Positions 42,195 through 53,357 of a DNA stretch of 64,000 bases are shown piece by piece. Position numbers and translations under genes: made by a program. Position 1 is the first letter of the stretch, and every line of letters starts with the position of its first letter. The notes beneath the pieces were generated by a model. The model was not told the origin of the DNA, searched no databases, and worked only from the letters and a program-made list of their open reading frames with translations. The stretch is from Trypanosoma brucei (lineage: Eukaryota): the NCBI GenBank assembly GCA_000002445.1, contig CP000070.1:1312001-1376000 (forward strand), given 5' to 3'.

Positions 42195-43607
42195 ATGGGC
42201 TCCACGGAGGATGTCCCGCCGGTTGCTCATTCGGATGTCATCAATCAAGCGTGCGCAGTTGAGAAGTCGGTGGAGAAACCTCCAAAAGGTGGAGAGGCTT
42301 GGAGCATTGATTTCACGTTGCCGAAGATGAAACGCAAAACCACCAGAAAGGAGCGGGAGGCTATTTTATGCAGCAAAATACGGGGCCAGCTGCAAACACT
42401 GTCGACTTCAAGTTTCTCGAATATTGGGGACTCCCAGCAGGTATTTTGCTCTGGTAACAACACCGACAGCGAAGGTAATCGTCATCTGCAAATTGTCGAT
42501 GTTGACGGTATGGCTGATCCCTCAACTTTGATTCCGAAGAATCTTCCTACCACGCGTGAGGATCTGGAGAAACGAGTATGCCTGCGCATCCCGAGGTTGT
42601 TGGCTGTAGCTAAGCAGTACCCGAAAAGCTGCGGTATCACTTCACTAACCTCCGTGTGGAATTATCTTTATACCCGCATCGGTGAAAACCCAATGGGTGC
42701 TGACCGGCCTCCTGTTTCTCAAGAGGAGGTAATGTCCATTATTGGTTTTTCGCCGCCATTTGATGCCATATCGTGGGGGCCGTTCACGGGGAACGGCACA
42801 CTTATCCGATGGTTCCACGCTCTTAACCGGCACTTTGCAGTGAAGGGACGTGCGTATGTGCTTTATAAACCACAGGGGGTTTCCCGCACTGCCTGTACGG
42901 CTGAAGAAGCGCTGCGGCAACTGAAGGACGTTTTACAGAATCCCCAAGCAGCTGTGATATATCATTGCCATAATCATTATATGGTGCCGATCGGGTACCA
43001 GGAGATACCCCACGCGCAGGCAGATTGCTATGCACCGAATGTGCCTGAGAGTAGTTGCGACACAACCGTATTCATCGGTGATGTGAGTCGGGGGCGGCAT
43101 GAGGCAATGTACGCCCGGAAGTGGAGCGATATTGTCAAGGATCTTATGACACAATCACCGGAGTTTTACAATATCCGCCGCCCAGAGTTGGGAATACAAA
43201 CACGTGTTCCCAAAAAGAAAGGGTGTGACACGGACCGTGATCATGAGTCGGAGGGAAATAGAGGGCAACCGTTAGGTCAAAAAAGAGCCGTTATTTCTGT
43301 TGAACAGCCCACTGAAACGGTTCCGCCGCGGGATGCAGAAGCTGTTCTTTCACCAACTAGTGACCCCGACGCTAAAGCCACTGTGGGACGAGCAGGGCCG
43401 CCGCCAAAGCGGAAGGCGAAAAAGGCGGGTGGGGGAAACTTACATTGCCTTATTTGTTTTCGTTGTGACCAGGTGGAGGAGCGACCGGAGCGGTTCGAAA
43501 CGTCTTCTAGTGACCGTGACAGTGAAGGCAGCTCTTCATCCAGCAGTACGGGTGTTGATGAACCTGCAGCTGATGGCGGTAAGAACAGCACTGGAGGGAT
43601 TGTATAA
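42195..43607 (+). CDS. Hypothetical protein, possible papain-fold Cys/His domain (470 aa)
   Basis: ATG start. YPKSCGITSLTSVWNYL is a Cys-Gly nucleophile context like C39-type peptidase domains. A downstream His sits in VIYHCHNHYMVPIGY. Basic/acidic low-complexity tail. Weak by-eye call. Confidence 0.4.
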   Translation: MGSTEDVPPVAHSDVINQACAVEKSVEKPPKGGEAWSIDFTLPKMKRKTTRKEREAILCSKIRGQLQTLSTSSFSNIGDSQQVFCSGNNTDSEGNRHLQIVDVDGMADPSTLIPKNLPTTREDLEKRVCLRIPRLLAVAKQYPKSCGITSLTSVWNYLYTRIGENPMGADRPPVSQEEVMSIIGFSPPFDAISWGPFTGNGTLIRWFHALNRHFAVKGRAYVLYKPQGVSRTACTAEEALRQLKDVLQNPQAAVIYHCHNHYMVPIGYQEIPHAQADCYAPNVPESSCDTTVFIGDVSRGRHEAMYARKWSDIVKDLMTQSPEFYNIRRPELGIQTRVPKKKGCDTDRDHESEGNRGQPLGQKRAVISVEQPTETVPPRDAEAVLSPTSDPDAKATVGRAGPPPKRKAKKAGGGNLHCLICFRCDQVEERPERFETSSSDRDSEGSSSSSSTGVDEPAADGGKNSTGGIV

Positions 43608-44098
43608 GGTACAATAGCTTTACACTTTAATTTGAGCGTTTGAAAGACCTCCCAGTTAGTGTGTACACGCATGTATGGCAGCCCCTGGTGCAGCACCACG
43701 GCTGTTTTAATGAATTTTGCCTCGCAAGGATGAGAAACAGTTTTATTATAGTAATATATATATATATTTTGGAGGGGGATACGGTGATATGGAACAAACA
43801 TTAGACTGACTTTTTTCGTTCGTTATGAGATGAATCATTTCACCACCTGTGTATGCTCTACCTTCCGCTTGTTTTGTGTATTGTGTCTCCACTTTACTTT
43901 AGCCGGGTAATTTATTGTTACTCTTCTTCCGTTCACGGTGTATCTCCTCTGCGTATTGTATCAGGTACGAATTATACAGAAACCAAGTAACCACAGAGGG
44001 TTGAGGCAAAGTGTTTACGCCACAGACCGTTTCCTCCGCCGTCTGAAAGGCAGTGCGCAGCGTTGTGCGCTGACGTGTCGATAATCAAGAACGTAACG

Positions 44099-44114
44099 TA
44101 TATATATATATATA
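44099..44114. repeat. (TA)8 microsatellite
   Basis: Direct read just upstream of the 1454-aa gene. Confidence 0.85.
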
Positions 44115-44179
44115 CCAATAATACAGATACAGCCAGATACATATAGGTGACTCTGAAGGTCGATATTTATTCGTATCAT

Positions 44180-47100
44180 ATGCCGGCAAAAAGCCGGAGA
44201 CGGGGTTGTTCTTTGGACCTCTCCAGCGGGAATACTCTGAATGCTGGAGCGCCAAAAGGAGCTGTAGGCGGAGTGTCTAGGGCTGCTGAAGATGAACTCA
44301 GCCGTAGTGTTGCGTCCCCCGCAGACGCCGTCGAACTGCTGTCGAGGATGCAGGATCGTACGAAGGAGATTCAGAGAGCTGAGAAGGATGCGGACGCTCG
44401 TGAGAACCTCGTGAAAACTCGGTACGCTGGAGGTGCTTCAGCTACAGGGGGTACCACCGTGCCTTTTGATAAAAATGCGTTACTAACTGACATGATTGCT
44501 GAAGCACGTTACAATTTCCTTAAGCTTGATCAGAATCTCTCGGAGGATTACAACATAGCAACACGCCGTTTACACGCCGCTGTCTTTGGACACACTTCCG
44601 ACTTTCTGCAACTCTTTCGTGATGTGAACCGCGCAAGCTCGCTGGTAGAGTCCCTGAAGAGCAGCGTTCAGGGAACGAAGGCTGTCATATCGACTATAAG
44701 TAAATCTGCCACATGCGGTAGGAAAGGTGGTGTAGTCGAAGAGGGGACCGATGCTTGCACCTCATCAGCATTGGGTTTCTCGATGTTCAGTAGCGGCTTG
44801 GGCTGTAGCAGTGGTTCCAATGACGACTCCGGCAATCGTGTTATCAAACCACGGACTCGACCGAGTCTCATTGCCACGAACTTAGCGCGCCGGCAGCCCC
44901 GAAGGGGCCTTGCTGGTGCTTTTGCAGCTCAACCAAGCAAAGACACCGGCACCCCTGGGAGTGGTGCTGGTTATAGCAATAGTACTGGCGGTAATGCTGA
45001 CGGTAGGGGGTGGAGTCGAAGTGGGGGATGTCTTCTTGTGACCACACGCTCCCTCAACACTACGTCGGTGAGTTTATGGCAGACAATGATTTTGTCTGGC
45101 GGTGAATCAGCCGTCGGAGACTCAGCGTTAGGTTATCACCATCGATGGGCTGCGCAGCGAGGCATTGGAGAAGAATCGGATGATAAGGTTGAGAAGGCTA
45201 AGTCTCAGGATATTGCTGTGTTTGTGGATGTGCTGAGGCAGGAAGTGATGCAATCGATTGCAGAGCGACGGTATATGGAAACAGCGGAGCTGTTACGCAG
45301 TTCAGAGGCAGAGGCTGACGCGAAAGGGTGCTTATCTCTTGTACTAGAACTGGAGGAGTTACTTGTGCATTCAATTCGGATGCACGTGCAAACCCTTGTC
45401 ATGCCACTGATGTATAGTGAAAGCCTGCACATACCACTAATTCAACTTCTTCTAAGATTTGGCCGTGTACAATGTGGATCGCAGCTGTTCTTCCATCTAC
45501 ACGCCGTATGGCTTGATGCTGAGATGGAGAAACTCCAGCTTCGTCTCGATTCGTACAAGGGGACACTCATCGCGAGTGATTTTCTTGTGTGTGCCATACT
45601 AGAAGTATTAGAGAGACAGAAGAACCTGTGGCGCACTGACCCCTCTATCGGCACTGCTGCTTGTCCTGCTAACGATAGCAATGAAGATGATAGCGGACTC
45701 GATTCTTCTCCAAAGGCGGGTAACACGAAGCTGGAAAGGACGGGATCACCGGGAAAAGTAACTGCTACTGACCATAATAATGGCTGCACCAAATCGGAAC
45801 CTGTGGTGACACCAAGGATGCCCCCGAGTTCTACTGCGGTGCTGTGGGTGCATGACCGTTTGGATAAATTTGCGTGTGAGGTACTACAACCACGCGCCTT
45901 GAGCCACGGGACGGGGGCTGAAGGTGGTGATCCCTCGCGGTTCCGGCGAGCTGTTGTTATGGCAGCTGATGCCATTCGGACCGTGCGCCGCCTCGACCGA
46001 TTCGGGTTTGCAGGCTGTGACACGCGGTTACTTGTTCTTCTCACCCCCAGTCTCATGTACTTGCAGACGGACTTCAGTCGCTGCACGAACAGCCGTCTGG
46101 CGACAACCGGTAGGGCTATGATTGAGCACTTGATACACGACGTGCGGCACATATATCTCACAAAAGGGAAAGGTTATAGTGTTAAGATGTGTGGTGAGGT
46201 TGCACGCCGGAACAACAGCGTTTGCCGAGAACTTCAACAACGACTCAAGATATTACCACGTTCTTCCTATGCACTGCTTGCTGAACTTTTGCTTGCCCCA
46301 GCTTCCTCAAGGTTATTCATGCCTCAGAATACAGGCAGCTGTGCGACACGCCCGGGCGAGTCTTCCGCGGGCCCGGTGCTCGTACCCGAGCAATACAGTT
46401 TTCTCCGCTATTCCAACGGCTGCACGCGCGTACACGGACTTCTTCTAACGTCAGTGTTACGTTTCGTAGCGGCCATGACGGGCTATGATGTGCTACCGCT
46501 AGAACTCGCTAAACAACAACAGCAAGAAGCTTTGGAGCAACTCGCAAACCAGGCGGAGTGTGCGTCCTTTCTCCTCTCCAACTCACTGGTGATTGAGTCA
46601 CTTGACGTAACACTGCATCGTTTGTTTTTATCACTTATGCATACCACAATACGGCAGCGTCAGAGCCTCGTGGGATTTATGCTTTCTGGAGAGTTCAGTG
46701 AAATGCATCCGAAATTTTTTGACTGTGGTTCTCGGTCGTCGTCGTCAACTTATACTTTAGTGGGCAATCCGTGGGCACTAAGTGCGATGCAGCTGATGCT
46801 CGCTGATGTGTTGAGCACGTCCGTATGGATCGCATACCTTTCTCGTGGTGGGGCGTTGTCGCAGTTACTGCTTTTGCAGAGTGCTCAGGCGTTCCGCGTG
46901 CAGTATGTGGAAGAATTGCGTCGTGCTCTGCCGCGTATTGTGCAGGGTTGGATGGCGGCAACATTGAGCCTTGGGTATCGCCTTGACTCTGCGCGAGATT
47001 TGCTTCCTTGCGATGCCTTAGTTTTCCCTGTTACGGAGGCCGGCACTTCGACTGCACCGATGACGATGGCACCGGACAACCGCATGGTGGATGCAAGCGA

Positions 47101-48544
47101 TCCCCGCGACGCGGTCGTGCGGCTGCTCGAGATATCGGCCGTCAACGAGTCGCGGCTCGCTCCCTTTTTGCTGTCGCTTGTGCAAAACTCGTTCACCTCG
47201 GGCTCCAGTACTGCGGAGGAAGCGGTATTGCTGTGTGCCCCGTTGCCGATGCCTACGTCACCGCTTTGGTGCTTACGAAGTAGGATTGGTAACTATCCGA
47301 AGTTCCCCATAGGACGCAAATTTAACCACGACGACGAGCTGTTTTTGTTTCACTTGTTTGTGCAAATAATGTTGAACGTTTTGGCTTACTTCCAGGAGCA
47401 TTTGCTTGTTCCCAGCTATGTTGTGAATGAAAGATGGGCTTCTGCGCGACCCAATTCACCTTCTGATGGTGATACTAGCCCTCAGTCTCCAGGGTACACG
47501 TCAAAACGATGCCCTTCGCGAGGTTGTGTGTCCCCTCAAACGGAGTCTGTCGTAGCCATTTTATCGGCTGGTGGTGGGAATTATGTTGGTGCCGTTGCTC
47601 TCTTGCAGTTCATTATATATCGCCTGCTTCGGGATGTGTTGTGTCGGCCGCAGACGTGGAATGTGGTGTACGGCCTTCCCCCAGAAGCCAGCCGCTGGGC
47701 CGAAAATATGGTTCGGCAGCAAGTGTTCTTTTTTGCATTGTTCGTGCGGTTCTGGTCGCCTCTCTTCGTTGGAGGTGTGAACTTTCCGGTGGCGGCCGGC
47801 CGCCCCCCGGGATCGGGGAGTGATGAGAATGCAGATGGCATTTCGTCTATGCTTATCCTTCAGTGGCTAACGTGTACTGGAGGTTGTCAAGGAAAGCAGC
47901 AACATGGTAAAGGACCTTATGCTTTTGACATCGAGGCTTTGGCCTTCCCGCCTAACACCGTGGAATCAAGGGAAAGGGTGTATATACGCGAAACTAACTT
48001 AGGTGGGGTGTCCGGCGCTGCAACACCACCTGATGATCAACAGTCGGAGGGGGCAGGGCAGAAGGAAGGTAGCAGAAAATCCGCGGAGGATTCCACGGCC
48101 GGCAGTGATTTTAGTCCCCCCTGCACCCCTAATGAAGGCAAAAATGATTTAAGTATGCTCATGCTGGGGTTGATTGGCTCTTTCTTTGATTCTCAAGGGG
48201 AGTCACGGGCCATGCCGGCCATAAACTCGGACCTCACAAGGAATCGAGTGGAGAAGCTGATGTCTTCATTGAATTTGTTGAGTGTTGTTAATAAGGAGGT
48301 GTTGGCTGAGAAGGGTGGTGCGGAGGGAAAGGACAGCGATGATGATGATGAAGATAGGGAGGAATCTCCATGTGGCACAAGGGAAGAACCGGTCGGTCCC
48401 ATTAGCAAAAAAGAAGACTCAGCGAAGGAACAAACTTTTAAGGAGCCGCTACACTCGCGAACAGGAGGTGACACCAGTAAAGGAGGTGTGACACTGTTTC
48501 ACGTGTACAATATGTTGCTACACTACCTTGCGCCGCTAACATGA
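44180..48544 (+). CDS. Large hypothetical protein (1454 aa)
   Basis: Track start is GTG at 44147; first ATG at 44180. Uninterrupted 4.4-kb same-strand ORF. Helical N-terminus, acidic Asp/Glu-rich C-terminal patch (DSDDDDEDREE). No family recognised. Confidence 0.55.
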   Translation: MPAKSRRRGCSLDLSSGNTLNAGAPKGAVGGVSRAAEDELSRSVASPADAVELLSRMQDRTKEIQRAEKDADARENLVKTRYAGGASATGGTTVPFDKNALLTDMIAEARYNFLKLDQNLSEDYNIATRRLHAAVFGHTSDFLQLFRDVNRASSLVESLKSSVQGTKAVISTISKSATCGRKGGVVEEGTDACTSSALGFSMFSSGLGCSSGSNDDSGNRVIKPRTRPSLIATNLARRQPRRGLAGAFAAQPSKDTGTPGSGAGYSNSTGGNADGRGWSRSGGCLLVTTRSLNTTSVSLWQTMILSGGESAVGDSALGYHHRWAAQRGIGEESDDKVEKAKSQDIAVFVDVLRQEVMQSIAERRYMETAELLRSSEAEADAKGCLSLVLELEELLVHSIRMHVQTLVMPLMYSESLHIPLIQLLLRFGRVQCGSQLFFHLHAVWLDAEMEKLQLRLDSYKGTLIASDFLVCAILEVLERQKNLWRTDPSIGTAACPANDSNEDDSGLDSSPKAGNTKLERTGSPGKVTATDHNNGCTKSEPVVTPRMPPSSTAVLWVHDRLDKFACEVLQPRALSHGTGAEGGDPSRFRRAVVMAADAIRTVRRLDRFGFAGCDTRLLVLLTPSLMYLQTDFSRCTNSRLATTGRAMIEHLIHDVRHIYLTKGKGYSVKMCGEVARRNNSVCRELQQRLKILPRSSYALLAELLLAPASSRLFMPQNTGSCATRPGESSAGPVLVPEQYSFLRYSNGCTRVHGLLLTSVLRFVAAMTGYDVLPLELAKQQQQEALEQLANQAECASFLLSNSLVIESLDVTLHRLFLSLMHTTIRQRQSLVGFMLSGEFSEMHPKFFDCGSRSSSSTYTLVGNPWALSAMQLMLADVLSTSVWIAYLSRGGALSQLLLLQSAQAFRVQYVEELRRALPRIVQGWMAATLSLGYRLDSARDLLPCDALVFPVTEAGTSTAPMTMAPDNRMVDASDPRDAVVRLLEISAVNESRLAPFLLSLVQNSFTSGSSTAEEAVLLCAPLPMPTSPLWCLRSRIGNYPKFPIGRKFNHDDELFLFHLFVQIMLNVLAYFQEHLLVPSYVVNERWASARPNSPSDGDTSPQSPGYTSKRCPSRGCVSPQTESVVAILSAGGGNYVGAVALLQFIIYRLLRDVLCRPQTWNVVYGLPPEASRWAENMVRQQVFFFALFVRFWSPLFVGGVNFPVAAGRPPGSGSDENADGISSMLILQWLTCTGGCQGKQQHGKGPYAFDIEALAFPPNTVESRERVYIRETNLGGVSGAATPPDDQQSEGAGQKEGSRKSAEDSTAGSDFSPPCTPNEGKNDLSMLMLGLIGSFFDSQGESRAMPAINSDLTRNRVEKLMSSLNLLSVVNKEVLAEKGGAEGKDSDDDDEDREESPCGTREEPVGPISKKEDSAKEQTFKEPLHSRTGGDTSKGGVTLFHVYNMLLHYLAPLT

Positions 48545-49175
48545 CCGGAAAGAGAATAGAAGGGTTCTGACGGGGTACTGAAAAATACCATACAGGGGAA
48601 TGCCATACGCAGATATTTCCGTTGCGCTGTTGACAATTCTTTTGACAAGTACCCCTGCAGTGGGGACAAGAGATGAAATGCTTTTGGCGGCCGATGAGAC
48701 CGTACCCGTCGTGGTGCAGTGGTGAAGTGGATGGATGGGAAAATAACAAATTGCCATAAGTTGCTGTTGCTTATCCACTTTGTTTTTTTGTTAAAGTCGC
48801 GCGTCTGCGAGTTCGTGGCCGTTTCGTATTTGATGCTTCTGAAATGATGTCGTGGTTGACGCACCGAGTTCGTACCTTCTTTTCCTCTTTCTGTCTTCAC
48901 CGGTTGTCTCTTTTCGTTTTTCCGCCTCCGGTGCCGTTCTTCACTCACTAGAACATCGCCATAGTTTTTAATTTTGTCGTCACTGCTTTTAATAATACTA
49001 TTGTTTCCTCCTTTTTGGAAAAGACGGAAGCCGATCGTCAGCCGGCGTGTGACGTTGAGGAGGTGAGGCGCATGGATATTGTAATGTGAGAGGAATGCCG
49101 CAGTTGCTGAAAGAAGGGGGGGGGAGAAGCCTTTACGTGGTGGAAAGTTTCACTTTGTTGCTGTCATGTTCATGC

Positions 49176-49193
49176 ATATATATATATATATAT
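49176..49193. repeat. (TA)9 microsatellite
   Basis: Direct read. Confidence 0.85.
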
Positions 49194-49422
49194 GTACTGT
49201 GTGTATACATATGTGTGCCGTGTACGCCGTTGTATGTGTTTTGCTTTATCTTTTTGTTTTGCCTTATTGTCACACTTCGTTACCCCCGTGCGTTTTCCCA
49301 AGATAAGCGAGGGAATAAGGGGATTATTCCCGAAGGAGAGCGAAGCGACACACTTTAGAAAAATAGAATTACTGTTTCCAACTTACAAACAAAGTCATCA
49401 TTAGATATAAAAGTTTGTCCCG

Positions 49423-50286
49423 ATGAAGAACGCCCGCAGAGTGTCACTTTCACCGTTGATTTTGCGGTCACTCGCTGAACTTCAGGACGGCCTCAACACC
49501 GTAGTTGACAAGAATTGGAGGCAGTTGCGGCGACCGGGTGACTGGTCACTGGCTATTACTATGGAAGCTGCGGAATTACTCGACTCTTATCCGTGGAAGT
49601 GGTGGAAGAATGTGAAGGCACAACCAGACCTACAAAATGTGAAGATTGAGCTCACGGACATTCTGCATTTTTCCTTGTCGGGTGCCATGCAGGTGAGTGA
49701 CGAAAACTCGGGGGCGGTCCACAAAGCCGAGGCAGGCTCGAATGGAGAATCAGGGAAGCATTGGTGCTACTTTGACCAACCTCGTGCGCTGCCCGCAGCA
49801 GGGGGAGCAGAATATGTGGCATGCGTCGAAACCCCAGGTTCCTCTCTTTCAGCGCCCGTGTCTGCTGACGAGTGTGACCTGGCGGACTTTATGTTCTTCC
49901 CCCTCTCTGATACAAATAACGCACTAGCAAGTTTTCAGAACATTATTCGACTAGCCAGCCTTCAACGATTCCAACTCGTGACATCAGCCGTTATCGCAGC
50001 TGCGGACGATATTGGTTTCAACCTCGTTGCCTATTATGTGGCGAAACATACACTCAACGGTATCCGTCAGATGAAGGGCTACAAAGATGGCACGTACGTA
50101 AAGGTGCAAAAAGGCGTGGAGGACAATGAGCTACTCCATGGGTGCATATCTCCGTTTTCCCTTGACGACGTGACTAACGAAGGGAATTACAAAACAAAAT
50201 GGGATGACATCATGCACCGCGTTTATGATGCCTTTGGTACCCCGAAGGAGGAGCGGTTAAACATTGGGCACTGGCTAAAGTCGTAA
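49423..50286 (+). CDS. DUT: Dimeric all-alpha dUTPase (kinetoplastid type, 287 aa)
   Basis: [47 protein letters not shown] and [16 protein letters not shown] match what I recall of the dimeric trypanosomatid dUTPase, but I could not check this against a reference. The length fits the ~285-aa family. Confidence 0.75.
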   Translation: MKNARRVSLSPLILRSLAELQDGLNTVVDKNWRQLRRPGDWSLAITMEAAELLDSYPWKWWKNVKAQPDLQNVKIELTDILHFSLSGAMQVSDENSGAVHKAEAGSNGESGKHWCYFDQPRALPAAGGAEYVACVETPGSSLSAPVSADECDLADFMFFPLSDTNNALASFQNIIRLASLQRFQLVTSAVIAAADDIGFNLVAYYVAKHTLNGIRQMKGYKDGTYVKVQKGVEDNELLHGCISPFSLDDVTNEGNYKTKWDDIMHRVYDAFGTPKEERLNIGHWLKS

Positions 50287-50940
50287 GCGCTTCCCGTAGA
50301 GAAACCATGATTGAGCTACCGAGTCACCCCATTATTGTTAAAAGTATAGACGGATGTAACGTGGCGTAACAAATCACTAAGTGTGAGGGGATTGATAACA
50401 ATGGTGGTGATAGTAAATAGACGTGAGATACGGAATATTAGGTGCGTTGTTTTCCACACACGCGCTGGGGTCTTCGAAAAGAGTTGAATAACGACCATCA
50501 CTACCGGTGCTTTCGCCCATTGTGAGCACGGGTGTGGGTTGCCGCGGGAGATTTGGCGAAGTTCATTCAGCTTATTTGTAGTGAGGGGTCTACCCACATC
50601 GCATACTTGAGCAAGGCTTGAAAAGGAGGAGGAGGCAAAAGGAGACGAAGTGGTCGTTCTGACCGAATACTAAGGTGGCTGTACTACCTCCAACTATCAC
50701 CGCACATGGGGCAAATGATCTATCGCAAACAAAAACTGTGTGTGACACACGCACCAGTTGACGGGCTTCTGAATTTGTCGCATCTTTCTCTTTACTTCGT
50801 CTCTGCTACACTGTCCTCTTCTACCCTCTTTACCAATTTTAAATTTGTACGAGGAAATTTTTTTTTTTTTGGGGGTGCCGGCTTACCCAAGGTGTGGGGA
50901 GTAAAGAAAAGGGACAGCAGATCGTAGAAAATAAAGGAGC

Positions 50941-51593
50941 GAACGATGCCCGCTAAAGCTGCTTCTGCTGCTGCTTCGAAGAAGAACAGTGCGCCCAAGA
51001 GCGCTGTTTCGAAAAAGGTGGCCAAGAAGGGTGCGCCTGCTGCTGCTGCGAAACCCACGAAAGTGGTGAAGGTAACGAAACGCAAGGCATACACCCGTCC
51101 GCAGTTTCGCCGCCCGCACACGTACCGCAGGCCCGCGACCGTGAAACCCAGCAGCAACGTAAGTGCCATTAAGAATAAGTGGGACGCGTTCCGGATCATC
51201 CGCTACCCCCTCACCACTGACAAGGCGATGAAGAAGATTGAGGAGAACAACACCCTAACCTTCATTGTGGATTCTCGTGCTAACAAGACTGAGATCAAGA
51301 AGGCGATCCGCAAATTGTATCAGGTTAAGACGGTGAAGGTGAACACACTCATTCGACCTGACGGCTTGAAGAAGGCCTATATTCGCCTGTCTGCGTCATA
51401 CGATGCGCTCGACACGGCAAACAAGATGGGTCTTGTTTAGTGTGGTGGATCTGTAGGGGTTTCTTACTTCCTCAAGCAACTTTGTATGGTACTGTGTGGA
51501 TACGATTCCTTCAGTATTTTGCACCGTATGGTAGGAGAGGATGAAAGAGAAACAGCCACGAACTGTCGTGTATGTTTTTATTTGTTTTTTTAT
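50941..51593 (+). repeat. L23a duplication unit 1: CDS plus ~150 nt of conserved 3' flank
   Basis: Near-identical to 52066..52718 (3 mismatches in the 3' flank). Identity begins ~5 nt before the ATG and ends after ...tatgtttttatttg. Confidence 0.85.
50946..51440 (+). CDS. RPL23A: 60S ribosomal protein L23a (uL23), copy 1 (164 aa)
   Basis: KAYTRPQFRRPHTYRRP...IIRYPLTTDKAMKKIEENNTLTFIVDSRANKTEIKKAIRKLYQVKTVKVNTLIRPDGLKKAYIRL is canonical L23a/L25. In-frame stop lies just upstream of the ATG. Confidence 0.95.
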   Translation: MPAKAASAAASKKNSAPKSAVSKKVAKKGAPAAAAKPTKVVKVTKRKAYTRPQFRRPHTYRRPATVKPSSNVSAIKNKWDAFRIIRYPLTTDKAMKKIEENNTLTFIVDSRANKTEIKKAIRKLYQVKTVKVNTLIRPDGLKKAYIRLSASYDALDTANKMGLV

Positions 51594-52065
51594 CCCACCT
51601 ACCAAAGTATAGCTGTGGGAAGGATGGGAGTGACAAAAGAAAGGTTGCGCCGGAGGTCGGAGTGCAGACTGCTCTTGGAAGTATGGCGAGGGTGAAGTTG
51701 CGGAGGGAATGTTAAACAATATAAGAAGGAAGTTTTAAACGGTTTTAAAATATGAGATGAAATATGCCGTTTGAGTCTCATTTCTGTCATCTTCGACCCA
51801 ATCCCTTTTTTCTTCGGATTACCACATTGTTGTTGGTTGGTAGTGTTGACACGGCTCCGTTGATTTCTCTTCCTTAAGTGCTTATCAACGTTTTAATATT
51901 GGATGATGATATCTTTTGCCCAAGGATCGGGGGTGCTTGTGTGGGGAGAGTGGGGTAGCCAGTTGCATCGCCTTCAGACGACTGTTATCATGATTTCATA
52001 TCCCTTTTTCCATTATTGGATTTCCCCACCTGTTTTCTGTAGGCTTCTTTCTCTAAGGTTGACGC

Positions 52066-52718
52066 GAACGATGCCCGCTAAAGCTGCTTCTGCTGCTGCT
52101 TCGAAGAAGAACAGTGCGCCCAAGAGCGCTGTTTCGAAAAAGGTGGCCAAGAAGGGTGCGCCTGCTGCTGCTGCGAAACCCACGAAAGTGGTGAAGGTAA
52201 CGAAACGCAAGGCATACACCCGTCCGCAGTTTCGCCGCCCGCACACGTACCGCAGGCCCGCGACCGTGAAACCCAGCAGCAACGTAAGTGCCATTAAGAA
52301 TAAGTGGGACGCGTTCCGGATCATCCGCTACCCCCTCACCACTGACAAGGCGATGAAGAAGATTGAGGAGAACAACACCCTAACCTTCATTGTGGATTCT
52401 CGTGCTAACAAGACTGAGATCAAGAAGGCGATCCGCAAATTGTATCAGGTTAAGACGGTGAAGGTGAACACACTCATTCGACCTGACGGCTTGAAGAAGG
52501 CCTATATTCGCCTGTCTGCGTCATACGATGCGCTCGACACGGCAAACAAGATGGGTCTTGTTTAGTGTGGTGGATCTGTAGGGGTTTCTTACTTCCTCAA
52601 GCAACTTTGTATGGTACTGTGTGGATACGATTCCTTCAGTATTTTGCACCGTATGGTAGGAGGGGATGAAAGAGAAACAGCCACGAACTGTCGTTTATGT
52701 TTTTATTTGGTTTTTTTT
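52066..52718 (+). repeat. L23a duplication unit 2
   Basis: See unit 1. Confidence 0.85.
52071..52565 (+). CDS. RPL23A: 60S ribosomal protein L23a (uL23), copy 2 (164 aa), identical to copy 1
   Basis: Same protein as 50946..51440; 1125-bp period. The track's longer ORF from 51903 is an in-frame upstream extension not shared with copy 1. Confidence 0.95.
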   Translation: MPAKAASAAASKKNSAPKSAVSKKVAKKGAPAAAAKPTKVVKVTKRKAYTRPQFRRPHTYRRPATVKPSSNVSAIKNKWDAFRIIRYPLTTDKAMKKIEENNTLTFIVDSRANKTEIKKAIRKLYQVKTVKVNTLIRPDGLKKAYIRLSASYDALDTANKMGLV

Positions 52719-53357
52719 GAATTCTCATCTGAAAATAAAAATAAATAAAAGTTGTGTTTCAGCTGTCTGAGTGGGTACTGGGGCGGGGGTGAGGGAATGA
52801 GGTAATGCTTCTCCTCTCCTTCTTTTTCTTATTTCCGCTTCCATTTGTGCTCTTGAGATTGCTTGCCGGCGTGGTGTTCTATTCAAAATGCGTTTGCTTT
52901 ATTTCTTTTCTTTCTGGATTTTTTCGATGCGCGTATATATGTATCTGCACAGCGGCGAGGTTCCTTTAGAAGGTAATAGGGTATATAGCATTTTCTCTAA
53001 ACAGTGGGTGAGGTCGTTACCAGAAGGTTATAGTTGTCTACCATAATTATAGTTACTGTTATTATTATTGTTGTTGTTTTGTTTTTGTTTTTGTCATTTT
53101 TACTTCTGTTGGTTGGTTTTCTTTCCAATCAACTCAAGTTTTGGAAGTTGTTTCGAGTGGTTGTTTCCACTCTGGTGGCTTTCACTCATCGCTCAGGCAA
53201 GTTCCATCGTTTCCGTTGGGGCGGTCGTGTACGGAGGGAAAGCGGTAACGCGCTCACAGATTAAGGGCACGTTGATAGAAAGGAAGCATCTATAAAAGAA
53301 GCATACGGAAAATACATCCATAAATCAATTTATACATTTGCAACTGTTGTATCACTG

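Noticed and set aside
45442-46161. 239-aa minus-strand ORF, and similar ones at 55118..55876, 55949..56596, 62683..63099, 12014..12379/13698..14063
   Set aside because: All lie antisense within long GC-rich plus-strand CDSs and have low-complexity translations. These are typical antisense artefacts. No minus-strand gene is supported anywhere in the window.
44180-48544. Possible tethering-complex (CATCHR-like) N-terminal coiled coil in the 1454-aa protein
   Set aside because: Only a vague impression from a helical N-terminus. No motif-level support.
51903-52070. In-frame N-terminal extension of L23a copy 2 (ATG at 51903)
   Set aside because: Absent from copy 1, which has an in-frame stop upstream. 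The polypyrimidine tract plus AG at ~51990-52060 is downstream of those ATGs, so the mature mRNA most likely starts after them.
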